A stretch of 64,000 nt of DNA, taken from NCBI GenBank assembly GCA_051362555.1, contig CM120640.1, forward strand, positions 44,556,788 through 44,620,787. The letters are read 5' to 3'. The DNA comes from Lingula anatina. Taxonomy: Eukaryota; Animalia; Brachiopoda. A program made the position numbers and the translations under genes. How positions within the stretch are numbered: position 1 is the stretch's first letter; each line of letters starts with the position of its first letter. The notes under the pieces were generated by a model. It was not told where the DNA came from and ran no database searches. It was given only the letters and a program-made list of their open reading frames with translations. Below, piece by piece: positions 1-12,924 of the stretch.

Positions 1-466
1 TAATTCATATATTATTAGATCAAACATCAACCTTTAATTTTATTTTTAAATGACACATTATAGTGAATGTAATAACCTTTGTAATTCAATAAGATGAAGA
101 TAATTCATTATCTTCCGTCATCAGCTATATTGATATTTTTGTCCTCTAATATTTCAGTGGCTATCAGATTATAGTTTTGTTTTTATCTTAGTCATAAATG
201 AAGAAGAATGGAATGAAATGTTTCATGAACTTTAGTTTATTCACGCCAAACCTTGTGTGCATATTAGAGCTGATAATTGTGAATGATTAATTCACACACC
301 CAGGAGTACAGGGAGTATCCTCCTCAGGGAGATTAGATTAATGCAAGTTTGAATACATCCATAATAGTCAGATATACATATGATAATTGCAAATCTTTCT
401 AGTCTTGCTTATTGAGGAAATCTGACTTTAATAAAGCTAACCTTGACCTTTTGATCTTTATTCCAG

Positions 467-3400
467 GAACCTCGGGCGAAATCACGTCCACCAGTGTGGA
501 GCAGGAGAAGTACTTCCATGCCATAGTGCAGTGCACTCCAATGGGTAATCTTCAACATCAACAACAAAGTCACAACAAATCTCTCAGCGATTCGCTGACC
601 AGTATTGACTCTCTGATGCTGTCCACTGACACACTAGCGCTACCTGATACACCTTCTCTGTCTCGCAAGAATCCTATCGCTCGTGCCGTCAATAGCTTGC
701 GCAGTAGTGGCGGGAAAGTCAAATGTAAGCATGGCTGCATGGTTGTGGAAATTGAGCAACCAGTGATGATTATTAGGAAGAGACTAGTTTGTAGTTCAGT
801 CCTGTCCTTGTTCTGTCCACCCCAATCCCCCCCCTTTCCCAATAGAGAGAAATTATCCCATTATGTTTGATAGCTGTTTGATAAGAATAGGAGAGGACCA
901 TGCCAAACTGATACGAAGATGGTTTGAATTTTTTTCTGTCCTGAAATTGAAAAGAAACAAATTCCATGCTCACCCTAAAAATTTTAAAGACTTGATTTAA
1001 CTTTGAAGTATGCCGCACATGCACCACATTTGACAAGAGTGGTTGTTTTGATTGCCTGACTTAAGAGTTCAACAAAGAGTCAGTATTGGTTTGCTGTGAC
1101 CGTGCTTCACTAACCTGCACAGTGGATTTAGGGTTGGGAACTCGCTATTTCACTTTATTATTTTTTTTTCCTGTGCAGGGAAATTCGATGTATTTATGTT
1201 GTCTAACTTTCCTCTTTTCTCTCACATTGGTGATTGTTTTTTGTGTATTTTTCAACTTTTTCTCTAAGCTAATGCACAATTTTTTAAAAACATTAGTCAC
1301 TTAATTGGTCACATGGTTCTATCAAAATGAAATTTTGGTAATTACTAGTATGTTGTGTGCCAGGTTTGAGGAATAGAAATAACCTGAGATTTCATATTTT
1401 GTTTACAAAACTGACCAAATTTTCATAATGGGAGGTAAAATTTAATTTTTGAGTTAACAAACATTCTTCCAAATCTAAGATAATGTTTAATAAGATAATC
1501 TTACATTTTAACTTAAAATATTATTTAGTAGATGTCATTTCTTCACTCACTTGGCTGGCCCTCACATCTTAGTTTTATTTGTTTCATGTTTTTAGTATTT
1601 GGGTGTGGTGATGTTTTTGCCAACCACTTTGTGCTTTTTCTGTTAAAAAAAATAGATCCATTGTGTCAATGTTAGATAATGTTGAAAAATAGAAGAATAA
1701 GTAGTCACAGATAATACATAGCACATCAGTAATTTGTACATAATTGTGAATAATAATGTATAGAAATGCATGTTAGATGTAGAATCATGTGTAATTGAAA
1801 TAATTAAAGACAGGTGATTTAGTATACAGTATAGCTCTAAGTGGTTGGTGAGTATAATGTTATAATGTAAATACCATGTATCTCACCTGCTACTACCTGT
1901 GGTGGTGGTGACTGGTCAGTGTTATTTATGTAGTCTATGTATATAGCAGTGTGAGCTAGGTGTGATATTTCTATATAACAGTCCATAGTGGGCGTTATAT
2001 ATGTTAATGTATATAACAGTGCGAACTGGGTGTTATATATGCATATAACAATGTGAGTTCGGTGTTATGTATATATAACATGTTGTACAAGGTTGCATCA
2101 GAGGCAGCAGTGGCATTTTCTTCAATGCATTTTTAGCGCAAAATTTTGGAAATTTTAAAAACCTTTTCTTGGCTTACTGTGATGAATCCATTGAAAAGTA
2201 CAATGCTCTGAATGAAAAACTTAAGGCATAAAAGCTGCTGCCAATGACCAAACAAAATGTTGATGATAACAGGTGGTGGCATTGCACACTTCAAATTATC
2301 TCTGATCAACAATGTTTCAGTAACAGACAACTGTATGGCAAACAATTCTAGGGAGAGTGCACTAGCAGGTAAAAAAAAAAACCCTATGACAACTAATAAG
2401 CATTGTTTGGTATTTAGAGAATCAACCAAAAAAGCATCGTACTGGTCGGACTTTGAATGGTGTGTAAAAAGTTTGGTTTCTATCCATCTATTCTGAGTTT
2501 GGTACCCTGATTAAAAGGTCTTGGCCCATGCAATCTAAATGATGTAACAGTGTGATTGTGTTTGTTGTTAAGATTGTTTTTTTCTCCAAAGATCGTGCCT
2601 CTTTGTCTGGTGAATGGATACCACATTAACAGGTTGTACTTTACCTGCAGCAGGGGAGCTTGTGTTAGACTGGCTTGCTGCACATTTTACATTCATTGAT
2701 GGTGCAGGATTATTCCAAGTAATGTCCTCTCTTTGCATATCTTTATAATATACTCTTTTCACACTTAGATATGTAACCCAATAAATAATTCATAGGACTG
2801 GTAGTACTCAGGGTAGAACTATTGACTTGATGAGCTACTCATTGCTTTATCTTTCATGGATCTAACATTCATTTTACTAACAACAAAATTATTTTGCTTG
2901 CTATTATTCTAATTACATTTTTCCTTTAAATTAGTCTAGTGCAAGTTTCATTTCCCCAAACTATTTTTGTTTATTTGAGGCATTAGGTTTTGTTTGATGC
3001 ATAGATTTTAAATCCTTTTATTGTAATGTAATAGTTTTGATTAGATTAAAATGATTGAGTTTATTGTAATATGGCTTAGAAGTTTGTTTTTGCTAGTTAA
3101 GATTGAAAGCCCATTTTATTTGCTCATTTTTTGACTTACTGGCTATATCTTTAAAATTGTCTTTTTTTAGAAGCCTATTCATGCTTCATTCCCTTTTTTC
3201 CATGGCTTGGCATGTCTTCTGTTTTTCATCACAAGACAATAATGCTTGTACCAATCACCTACCCACACTGGGCCATAACAAATACATAACCAACACAGTA
3301 TAACTCATGATAACTTAACTATCCTGTGTGAGGAATGACTTGAACTGACCTTGGTCTGTTTTCTTGCTTTACTCAGCTGGTGTAGCCTATAGTATTTCCA

Positions 3401-6400
3401 CCCCCACTATGAGTCGCCGCAGTCCTCTGCTGAGGAGAACTATACACGGAAGTTTACGAGCAAATGCTGGAAAAGGGGGAAAGTGTATGTATTTGACTAC
3501 CAAGACTCCACCCAGGTTGTAATGGGAAAGATGATGGCTTTTATAATGTACACATTCCATGCAGTATATATATTTCATAACCCTGCCATTTTATACATAC
3601 ACTTACATTATATAGAACCATATATATGTGTGGATATAAATTATGTGCAAGTACATATACTTATGTATTAAAGTGTGAAATAATGATAACAATATGTATA
3701 TATATAACAGAGTATATGGTTCAGGGGCCAAACTGACTTGATTATCACATTGTAAGAAAACAATCATGGCTGTTCAGTATCATTAATATAATGCTAGATA
3801 GGCTGATAGTGTAGGCTATCCTAAAAATAAAGCTTTGTAAAAAGCATAATCATCAGCTCAAGTAGATCAGCTGTCTATTTAGACCTGACATGTATGTCTG
3901 TTACTGAAACTTGATATATTTGAACTTCTACCACACTGTTTATTGATGTTGTAATTATTGCTTATGGTTTCAGTATTTGTTCAAGCTTATAAACATCGAT
4001 GTTCACCTCTACTTTTTTTTTTCCAACAAATGCACAAACTTTTTCTGACAGCACCAAAGTCACAGGCTGTAGATTAAGGGTGTGGTTTGTACATATTGTG
4101 TTATATGGACTCCATCAGCATTAAATTGTAAAGGAATGGATTTCATATCCTTTCCAGGGGGTAGGGAATAAAAATGTCCTGGTTTGCATAGTTTTCACTA
4201 AGCTCACAACTTGGTGTAGAAGGGCATAGTAACGGAATTTATATCTGAGATACACAAGGGCTTTGTGAAACACTGAAGTCTGCCATCAGTATAAAAAATA
4301 ATTTCACTTACGAATGGGGACCTGTCATTGAATGATTGTTCAGATATCTTAACCCTAACTTTCCACATTATTTCACCACCAGCTCTGGGTAGACTAGGTA
4401 GTGTACGTGACCGGCGGGCAGTCACCTCATCTGGAAGCCTGGAGGTGGGAATGAGGCTGGCCATGAAGTCCAATGGAAGTATCGACCACTCTGCAGAGCT
4501 GGAGTCTCAGACACAAGGGCTTAATAAGGCAGCACTGTATGTGTTAGGGGAGAAAGCACAAGTGAAGGTGAGTGGTGAAAACTATAGGGTTTATCATTTC
4601 TATAGTACATGAATTTGATGAGCCTACAAGCCTTATGAGCTAACCATGGCTCGAGGAGGATAAGTAAGTAAGTAAAGTACATGGATTTTTTTTTAAGTTG
4701 CCACATATCACCCTGAGCTTCAGAGCTAACTTGACACTAACCTTTTCACTGTAGCCTATCTCCATCGTGTCAAGTAACCTCTGACCAGATTCGATTGCCT
4801 CCGCCGCCCGCCAATCAAATTTAAAAGCCCGCACTCAATGACTCATTAAACGATCTAGCCAATGAACGCGAACGAGTCAAAGCGCGCTTTGTTCAAATCC
4901 GGACCAATCAAAGATAAGGCTGAATATCAGGGACTTGCTGTAACCTGTGGGCAGCACGCAAATAACATCGTCTCTCAGTAGATAATGATGCAGGGCCTCA
5001 AACTGCTAGACCCTATGGTTTCAATTCCGATTTACTCATATTTTGCAAAGAATCAAGAGATAACTTAACACATTCTTTTTCGTAGTCACTCGCCTTGCTT
5101 TCTTTGTGTACGGTAATACACTCGGAACTACTCGGATGTCTCCGCACTCGACAATAACTATGTTGTTAGTATGGAGCTTGCGGAATCAGCCGAGGATTGC
5201 CGATTGACGGTTAACCAATCAGCGTTTTCACCAAACTTTGGTGAAAAATTTTGAAACATGGATTTGATTGGCTTATATAAACTAGGTCAAACTATTTTCG
5301 TCAGAGGTTACTTGACACGATGGAGATAGGCTACAGTGAAAAGGTTAGTGTCAAGTTAGCTCTGAAGCTCAGGGTGCCACATATGAAATGAAGACAAAAA
5401 TTTGATGTTTATTCCATACTTCAACATTTCACTTTCAGAACATCAAGGTTGATTCATTCCCCAAATGTGAGTTTGTCCCGGTGGATTTCTATGAGGTGCG
5501 CCAGGTGAAGACCAGTTTTAAGAAGTTATTAAGGGCCTGTGTCCCCAGTGCTCTGCTCACTGATGCTGAACACAGCTTCTACAAACTGGTACAGGAGTCA
5601 GAGTGGCTTCAACAGGTAAAGATAGCATAAAGAATGAAGATTATAACCATGACGGTAATGATAATGATGATTTTGCCTATATGTTTCACTTGTGCGCAGT
5701 GTATTTCACTTGTGTTACAGCCCATAATAAACAAGATCAGTCAGCCTTATCATTTGTGCATCTGTGTACTTTTGAATGAATAAGTTTCAGGACTTAAGTT
5801 GACATTTATTTAAGGATGTTCGGGGTTCATCCATTCTTTTGAAAAATCGGTCATGATATAAATGTTTTGTATTTGTTTAAATTGCTTCACAGTCTCCTGC
5901 TGCAGTCAGGTGTGATGGTCTAGATAAACTCTGATAGAATGGTGTCTCTAGAAGAGGATTTTCCAATTAGTATATGAAATATTGAATTCTCCATTTTTAC
6001 AGCTACAAAGTCTAATGCAGCTGTCAGGAGCTGTGGTTGACCTGATAGACTTGCAGGGGTCCTCAGTGATGGTGTGTCTAGAAGATGGCTGGGACATCAC
6101 AACACAGGTGGTGTCTCTGGCACAGGTGTGCCTGGATCCATACTACAGGACAATCAAAGGATTTCAGGTATTGTACTGTTTTCCTTTACTTAGGTTTATG
6201 AAAGCTATTGTGTTAAATGTGGGAACTAACTTGACTTTTAAAACTTTAAAGAGTGGGAATGAAACAGGCAGGATGTGCATACAGTTTCAGTTTGATGGCT
6301 AAAAAATACTCATTTTTTTCACTTTGTAAGATTTGTTTGGAAACTGCTGATGGCTTGTTGAGTGTTGTGTCATTAGTGACACATGACATTGCTAATGTCA

Positions 6401-9400
6401 TACATCAGATGTGACACTGTATGGCATCATCACTGTTCTTTTGAGAAACATTTTGATAATACACTCTTAAACTCCGAAAGTAGAAAGGAATACTATTACA
6501 TAGAATTTGAAAGGTGGTACTTATAATAAGGTGCATCTTTTCAGGCACTGGTAGAAAAGGAGTGGCTATCATTTGGACATCGGTTTACTCACCGTAGTAA
6601 CCAGACAGCTGCCAACCAGGCCAGTGGGTTTGCTCCAGTCTTCCTGCAGTTCCTAGATGCGGTTCACCAGGTGATTTATGTTTGTTAAATATGTACTTTT
6701 TAATATGAAAAGTTAAATACTTCAGCAAAATGTATGTTTTTGTAAACTCATTACAGAAGGGAAAAAAATTAAACAAAAACCAGTGAACAAAAATTTTCAT
6801 CCAGCTATTCAAGTTTATCATGGATGTTATTTAAGACTACTCTTTTTGTTACAGGTTCATCGGCAGTTCCCTTTGTCTTTTGAATACAATGACTTCTTTC
6901 TCAAGTTCCTGGCCTATCACACAGTTTCAAATCGTTTCCGGACTTTTATGTTGGATAACGAGAGTGAGCGTATGGAAGCTGGTTGGTTGCTTGAAGAGAA
7001 GCCAAAGACCAGTAAAATAGATGGCGCTGCAACAGGAGAGGACGGATTTACATTGAGGCAAACAATGGGGACATCTGTGTGGGATTACATAGACAAACAT
7101 CACAGAAGATCTCCTGTCTTTTATAACTTTAGTTATGTTTCAATGGATGGCACCAATGTAAGTCGTATATTGTTTTGAGCAAGAAAATTAAAAAACATTA
7201 ATATCTGTATCATGCTATTTTGATTTCTGTTAATTAATTCAGTGCTTTGAACATGCTTCTTGAATTGTAAGCTGTCAAGATTAACAATTACTTAAATATG
7301 TTGAATTTTAAACAATATATGACACAAAATAAAATGCAATTCATATTTTAATTTTGTTTCACTTATTATTTTAGGAAAAGGCATTATATGTAAAATTTGT
7401 CTGAGAATAATATTTTCGCAGTAAACATGCATAATATGTCAGATTTGTCTGAGAATAATATTTAAACTGACCTGCCTAAATAATTTGTGTCAAAAGCTAT
7501 CTGTTCACTTATTTTACTAAAAAAAATTGAGCACTGTTGTCTCTAGTGATGAATTTCAATTAACTTTTCTGATCCAGGTTCTGAGACCATACTCTGGCAT
7601 AGCCAGCCTGGAGCTCTGGGACTACTATCTCACAGAAGATCTCTCCCATGGACCACCATATGACTTTGAAACCATGTACATGGACAAGAAGCAGAATGAG
7701 GAGATCGAGGCCATAGACGGACCACTGGCCCCCAGTAGCAGGCGGATAGTGAATGGGTGTTATGACACTATCTGGCATTTAGAACCTGAGTGTTTTTCTT
7801 TAGCTTTTCAGGTAAGATGTGTATATATGTGTTTGTATGTTTGATTCTGTCCTTAGTTCTCAATATATATATATATTACTATTTTGAACATGATAGTTGT
7901 ATTGAATTTGGGATCATTGTCCACCTTTCCTTGTTCCTTTCCTTACTTTTATCCCCATCCTAAAATTTTAAAATTCATAAACCTCCCAGCCAGACTCACT
8001 AAGTAACCTTTTAAACTCCTATTTCAGGATATTCATAAGACACAGACGAAGCTAGACCATCTTCCTATGAAATGGAAAGCCGTTTGGGAGAAATTAGACC
8101 ACCCGCAATCTGAAACATTACAGCGACAAATGTCACTGAAAACAAGACTTACACGTTCGCATGGAAGGACTTTACATAAACGATCCACTTTAGAAATTCT
8201 TGTGCGAGGGAAAATGGCCGGGGATGCAATCAAAAGTTTTGGACAACCACATCGGTTTGAAAAATTTGACTTTACTACTGCAAGTTACTGTGATCATTGT
8301 GGACATCTACTGTGGGGGCTGACACAAGTGAAACAAGGTCAGTGAAAAATAAGAGTTGACTACAGGTGCTTCCTCTGTGACTTTGGGTGAGAACAAGAAA
8401 ATTCATTCAATTACAAGAAGAGACCTGATGGGGTTCATTCTTTATGAAAAGCTCTGTGTTGAACAGACTAATATACATCATGTTTAGGAAGAATGGAATA
8501 AATGCTTAAGATGGAAACAAGGGTGACCATGAATAAGATCTTTGTGACAACAATATTTACTCTTAAGCATGTGTTTTCTTTTTAATAGGAATGAGATGTG
8601 CAGACTGTGGGTATAACTGCCATGAGAAATGTGTGTCCTCTGTTCCCAAAAACTGTGCCAAATTAATCCGGACCCCTTCAGAGCAGCCAGACAGCAGTGT
8701 GAACCTTGCAGAGGCCCAGCCCCACGCACCTGGTGAGTTAGTTAGCTTGAATGCAAAATATGCAATTTATGAGTTGCCCATGTTTGGCATATCCATATCT
8801 CATTTTATGCTTTTAAAGTTTAACTTTTAAAAAATGCTGAACGATATGAGAGAGAAAATATATTTCTATTTCTTTAAAGTTATTGAAAATGTTTTTTACT
8901 CAAAAAGATTTAACTTTTGTTTTGTTGCAATATTTGATATCAACCTCTAAGAAAAAGACACAGATACAGAAAAAGATTCCGAAAATGTAAACATTTCATG
9001 AGTTATATCTATAAACATTTCTCAGTACGCCTTGACCGTACTAAAATCTATATCAAGATATATATATATTTGCTGCACAAATTCTAGGGGATGTAACCAT
9101 CCAGGCTAGTCGTGATATGTACAGGCAGTTCTCAGCCAGAGCTCAGGAGCACAGAACACATGAGGGCTATCTTCTCAAGCAGGGAGCTCTGCTCAAACAG
9201 TGGAAACAGAGGTGGTTTGTGCTGGATTCTATGAAACATCAGGTACTTTGTTTAAAATTATCTGGTACTACAGAAATATTTATTATCATTCCAAATAATT
9301 TTGAGCTGTTTTAGCATGTTTATTTTTCATCTTGTGTTCTTTAATTTGCCTACAGATACCCTTAATGGTGTCTTCATGTGGAATTTAGGATTGGTCATTA

Positions 9401-10158
9401 TAAGCAAGATATATATATATTTGCTGCACAAATGTATGTAACATTAAATTTCTAAAAAATGAAAAATAAATTTAAAAAAAGACTAGGTTCATACATATTC
9501 CAACAGATAAGTTTAAACTTTTTGTATTTCTTCAGATTGTTTTGCTGCTTAAAATTTTATCTTTGATGAAATACATGGTTAATTTCTGGTTAATTCCCAC
9601 TCTTCGTTTTCATTCCAACCCTAGCTTCGGTGGTATGATGCTATGGAGGACAGCCACTGCAAGGGCTACCTGGACTTGTCAGAGGTCACCTCTGTGGGCA
9701 CATCCAAGAACTTTCAAGGTGCTCCCAAGAGAGCAGAGGACAACTCCTTCTTTGAGGTAAAGAGGGTTTTTTAATGAGACCATTTCTATTTGACCAGTGC
9801 GTGAAATGTGAAAGGAAAGGTCCAAGTGGTCTATTTATTTCAATACTGTCGTGGCTTTACTCTAAGATCTAGTCTAAGAACTAAGTTGTACTTCTTTCAC
9901 AAATGCCACGTTTTGAAAAGGTTTTTATCTGCTTTTTACTGCCATTTCAGACAGTAATGTCAGATCATATATAATGCAATGGTTCCTCTTTTATTTAACA
10001 TTTGTTTTCTTGGAAAAAAGATCGATTTAGAAAAAGAATTCAAATGATTGTCATTATTTTCACAGATGAAGACAGTGAAGAGATCGTATGTATTCTGTGC
10101 ACCAAATGTCCAAGCATCTCAGGAGTGGATAGACAAGCTCAATAGCTGTATACAGTAG
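467..10158 (+). CDS. SBF2: SET-binding factor / myotubularin-related pseudophosphatase (MTMR5/MTMR13 family), 3' part; 5' exons lie outside the window
   Basis: GT-AG exons in continuous frame: 467-724, (3377-3484 optional), 4383-4567, 5439-5615, 6003-6167, 6545-6670, 6855-7157, 7578-7811, 8028-8337, 8589-8732, 9088-9242, 9625-9756, 10066-10158 (TAG). Inactive phosphatase loop [36 protein letters not shown], a C1 zinc finger (HRF..CDHC..CADC..CHEKC..C) and a C-terminal PH domain ([22 protein letters not shown]). Probably the single invertebrate SBF1/SBF2 co-ortholog. Confidence 0.93.
1938..2082. repeat. Degenerate ~30-33 bp minisatellite
   Basis: About 4-5 diverged copies of tatataacagtgngaactgggtgttatatatg in an SBF intron. 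Confidence 0.55.
4709..5376. mobile_element. Non-autonomous DNA transposon (MITE), 668 bp, 77-bp perfect TIRs, 8-bp TSD
   Basis: 4709-4785 (CACCCTGAGCTTCAGAGC...CTCTGAC) is the exact reverse complement of 5300-5376. CCACATAT flanks both sides (4701-4708, 5377-5384). CA...TG ends with an 8-bp TSD fit the hAT or P superfamilies. Confidence 0.93.
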
Positions 10159-12924
10159 AGAACATAGAGGAGTAAATATCACAATGCAGGAACACAGTGC
10201 ATCAATGCAGTAGAACAACACACCAGGGCCAGTTTTATAATGCAAATAAAATTCATTTCAAGGATTGGATTCCACATTTAAATCTTAAAAGAATGAAATC
10301 TGGAAACCATATCAGCATAATTGAGAAGCATATCATGGAATGCACAAAACCTGTGAGATCTTTTTTGCACCACTTTGTTTTCCTGTCTATGGAAAAAAAT
10401 GACACTGCTGGCATTTAGTAAGTATGGCGGTGAAGTCCTATTGATTTTCCATTTAGACTAATCACAAACTTACGTTATATGTTCATACAATTGATGAATA
10501 GACATGGAGGAAGTCTCTGCAGTAATTATGGCAAGGAAAACAAATTATGGCAAGGAAAACAACTTTGTTCATAGAACATGGTCATCCTTTCAGATAATAA
10601 TGTGTCCAATGAAGAGCATGACCTAAAAACTACACACAGCTAGTCAGACAGATGTATGTGAATTATTAATAAACTGAATAGCAGCTTTCCCAGTGCTGAT
10701 TGTCTTATGTGGGTAGGTGGTCAGGTACTGGCACAGCTCTTTTAGGTTAGTACCTGTAAGCTTTTACTTGCAGTGTTGTTAACGAAAGCCAATATATACA
10801 GGTAGTTGCAGAGTTGATAAACATGATGGTACTAAATATAATTTTTTAAAAACCCTGACGCAATTTTTATGAATTAAAATAGTGATATTGTAATGACAGT
10901 TTTGTCACTATTTGTGAAAAAATCTCTAGCTGACTCCAGACACTTGAAAAATTTAGAAAAAAAAAAGATGTTTAAAACTGGCAATTATGAAATATTCCAA
11001 CGTGTACATTTTGTATAAAATTATTTTTTGTAAATATTTGTACAGAATATTTTCTATTTTGCTTGCCTTCCTCCCTCAGGTTGTCTTGATCCTTTATGTT
11101 TGTTTTTTTTTTTTTTAACCTTGGGTGGTTTGTGACATGTGTTCATAGCTTCAGGCTACTGAGTTTCTGTGGTATGCGCACCAGTTGCTGCAGGGTTATA
11201 TTGAACAAGGCAGTGAGTGATAGATTCTCCGGTGTTTAAAACTGCTTGAACGAAAAATTTCTGCATGTTATGCTGTCATGTTTTTATAATTTGGATAACA
11301 CTAGCCAAAAGATGTTCGTAAACACCCGCTTTTCATTGAAACAGTTAAATTGTACATCTGAGTCTTATTTTAGAGGGCATGCCATCAGCAAGCGATTAAG
11401 TTAGCATTTGAGAAGTACTGAATGGCTTTTAATGATACTTTGGATAGTCTATCATTAGCCTTAAATGGTTTCACTGCCATCATAGATGTTGTGTGCATAG
11501 AAGCAAAGCACTTCATTCTGGAGCACTTGTCCTTGACACTTGACTGCCAATCGAATTTTATTGTATGGTACATGGTGCAATATTTGTTATTATTAACTTA
11601 TCCATTCAGCGCAGATGTTTTGGTGCTAATTTTTAAGCTATGCATTAATGCTTCATAAGTTCACCTCTACATTGTGAAAATCTGGTCACATTTTTATTTT
11701 CCGCCCCCTCCCCCCAAATTCCCGCAAATTCCATTGAATTTTTATTCGTAGAGAAAGGCTGCAGGTCACATCAGCTATTTGTCTCTTAGAGAATGATGAG
11801 AAATATTTTAATTTGTACTTACACTGCTACCTCTTTCCTCTCTATGTTTTCCTTTTAAATGCCACACAACTTTTAAATCTGTTTCAATTGTAGTTGCTAA
11901 GTGATAAGTGTGGTTATTGCTCCCGTACATTGAGGAAGCAGAATTGAATTTGACTTGAATTTTATTTTACTGAAACTGCTATGGGTCTTAAAAAACAAAG
12001 TAGTAAATGAATGCCAAGCTTTGGTGCATTTTTGGTGTGGTAGAGTTAATTTCTGCAATAAAAGAAGACTTCACATTGGACAGAGAGCATGATGTGGGCA
12101 TTGTACCTTCAAGACATTAACTTACAGTTTGTACGTTTTTAAGCTGTTCTGAAGTTTTATATATGTACCTGTAAAAAGCATATCACCACTAGATTTTAAT
12201 CTATTTATGGATTATGAATGGGGGCAAGGCTTAAAGTACAATGACTTGCAGAAATAAAAAACCAATTTGGAATGGTTAAGTGTGTCTATGTGTTCTTACA
12301 TTCAAACATTATGTACAGTACGTAGGGGGCTGCTAAGTAAACAGAGACAGTTTCTACAAACAGTGTACTATAGTGATCGCAATCTATTGTGGTGCCTTTC
12401 TAGTAGTTCATAGCTGTAAAGATACTAGCATTGTACATAATTGTTGATTGAGAATTTTTGTTACTAAGTTATGATGTCCTTAACTTATATTGTGTAGCTG
12501 CATGGCGTTTTGAGGAGCTTCCATTGGTGTCTGTGTGGCAGCAGGTGTAGTGTTCACCCTCGGTCATCATTACTCTTGACCTGTGGTCAGTAGAAGAACA
12601 ATATATGATGACCTGTACTTAACAAGTCTTGTGGCAATAAAATGAACAAAATTTTGAAACTTTGTGTGTACTTTATTTCATTTTGTCTTTGTGACGTAAA
12701 ATTAAGTAAAATAAGGGTGAAAATATGAGATCTTATTCAGGCCTACCCAACTACCAGACTCGGCACCGAATGATCCTGAATTTCACCGGTAGATCGAACC
12801 ACACAACCCATTTTCAAGGTGTGTATCAGTACGCACGCATATCAGGGGCCTTTAAAACAGTCTACAAAAATGAAGTATAGGCTGTACAATAATTTTGTAA
12901 CAGGACAAGCGGACCCTGGTGTAG

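Noticed and set aside
1105-1195. Strong branch point (CACTAAC) and acceptor-like sites suggesting an SBF microexon
   Set aside because: No good GT donor giving a frame-preserving exon was found.
2613-2748. Short coding-looking stretch ([20 protein letters not shown]...) in an SBF intron
   Set aside because: The possible splice sites give incompatible phases and there is no recognisable homology.
6070-6110. Loss of the catalytic CX5R motif suggesting a pseudogene
   Set aside because: LEDGWDIT is the normal inactive signature of the MTMR5/13 subfamily, and the frame is intact.
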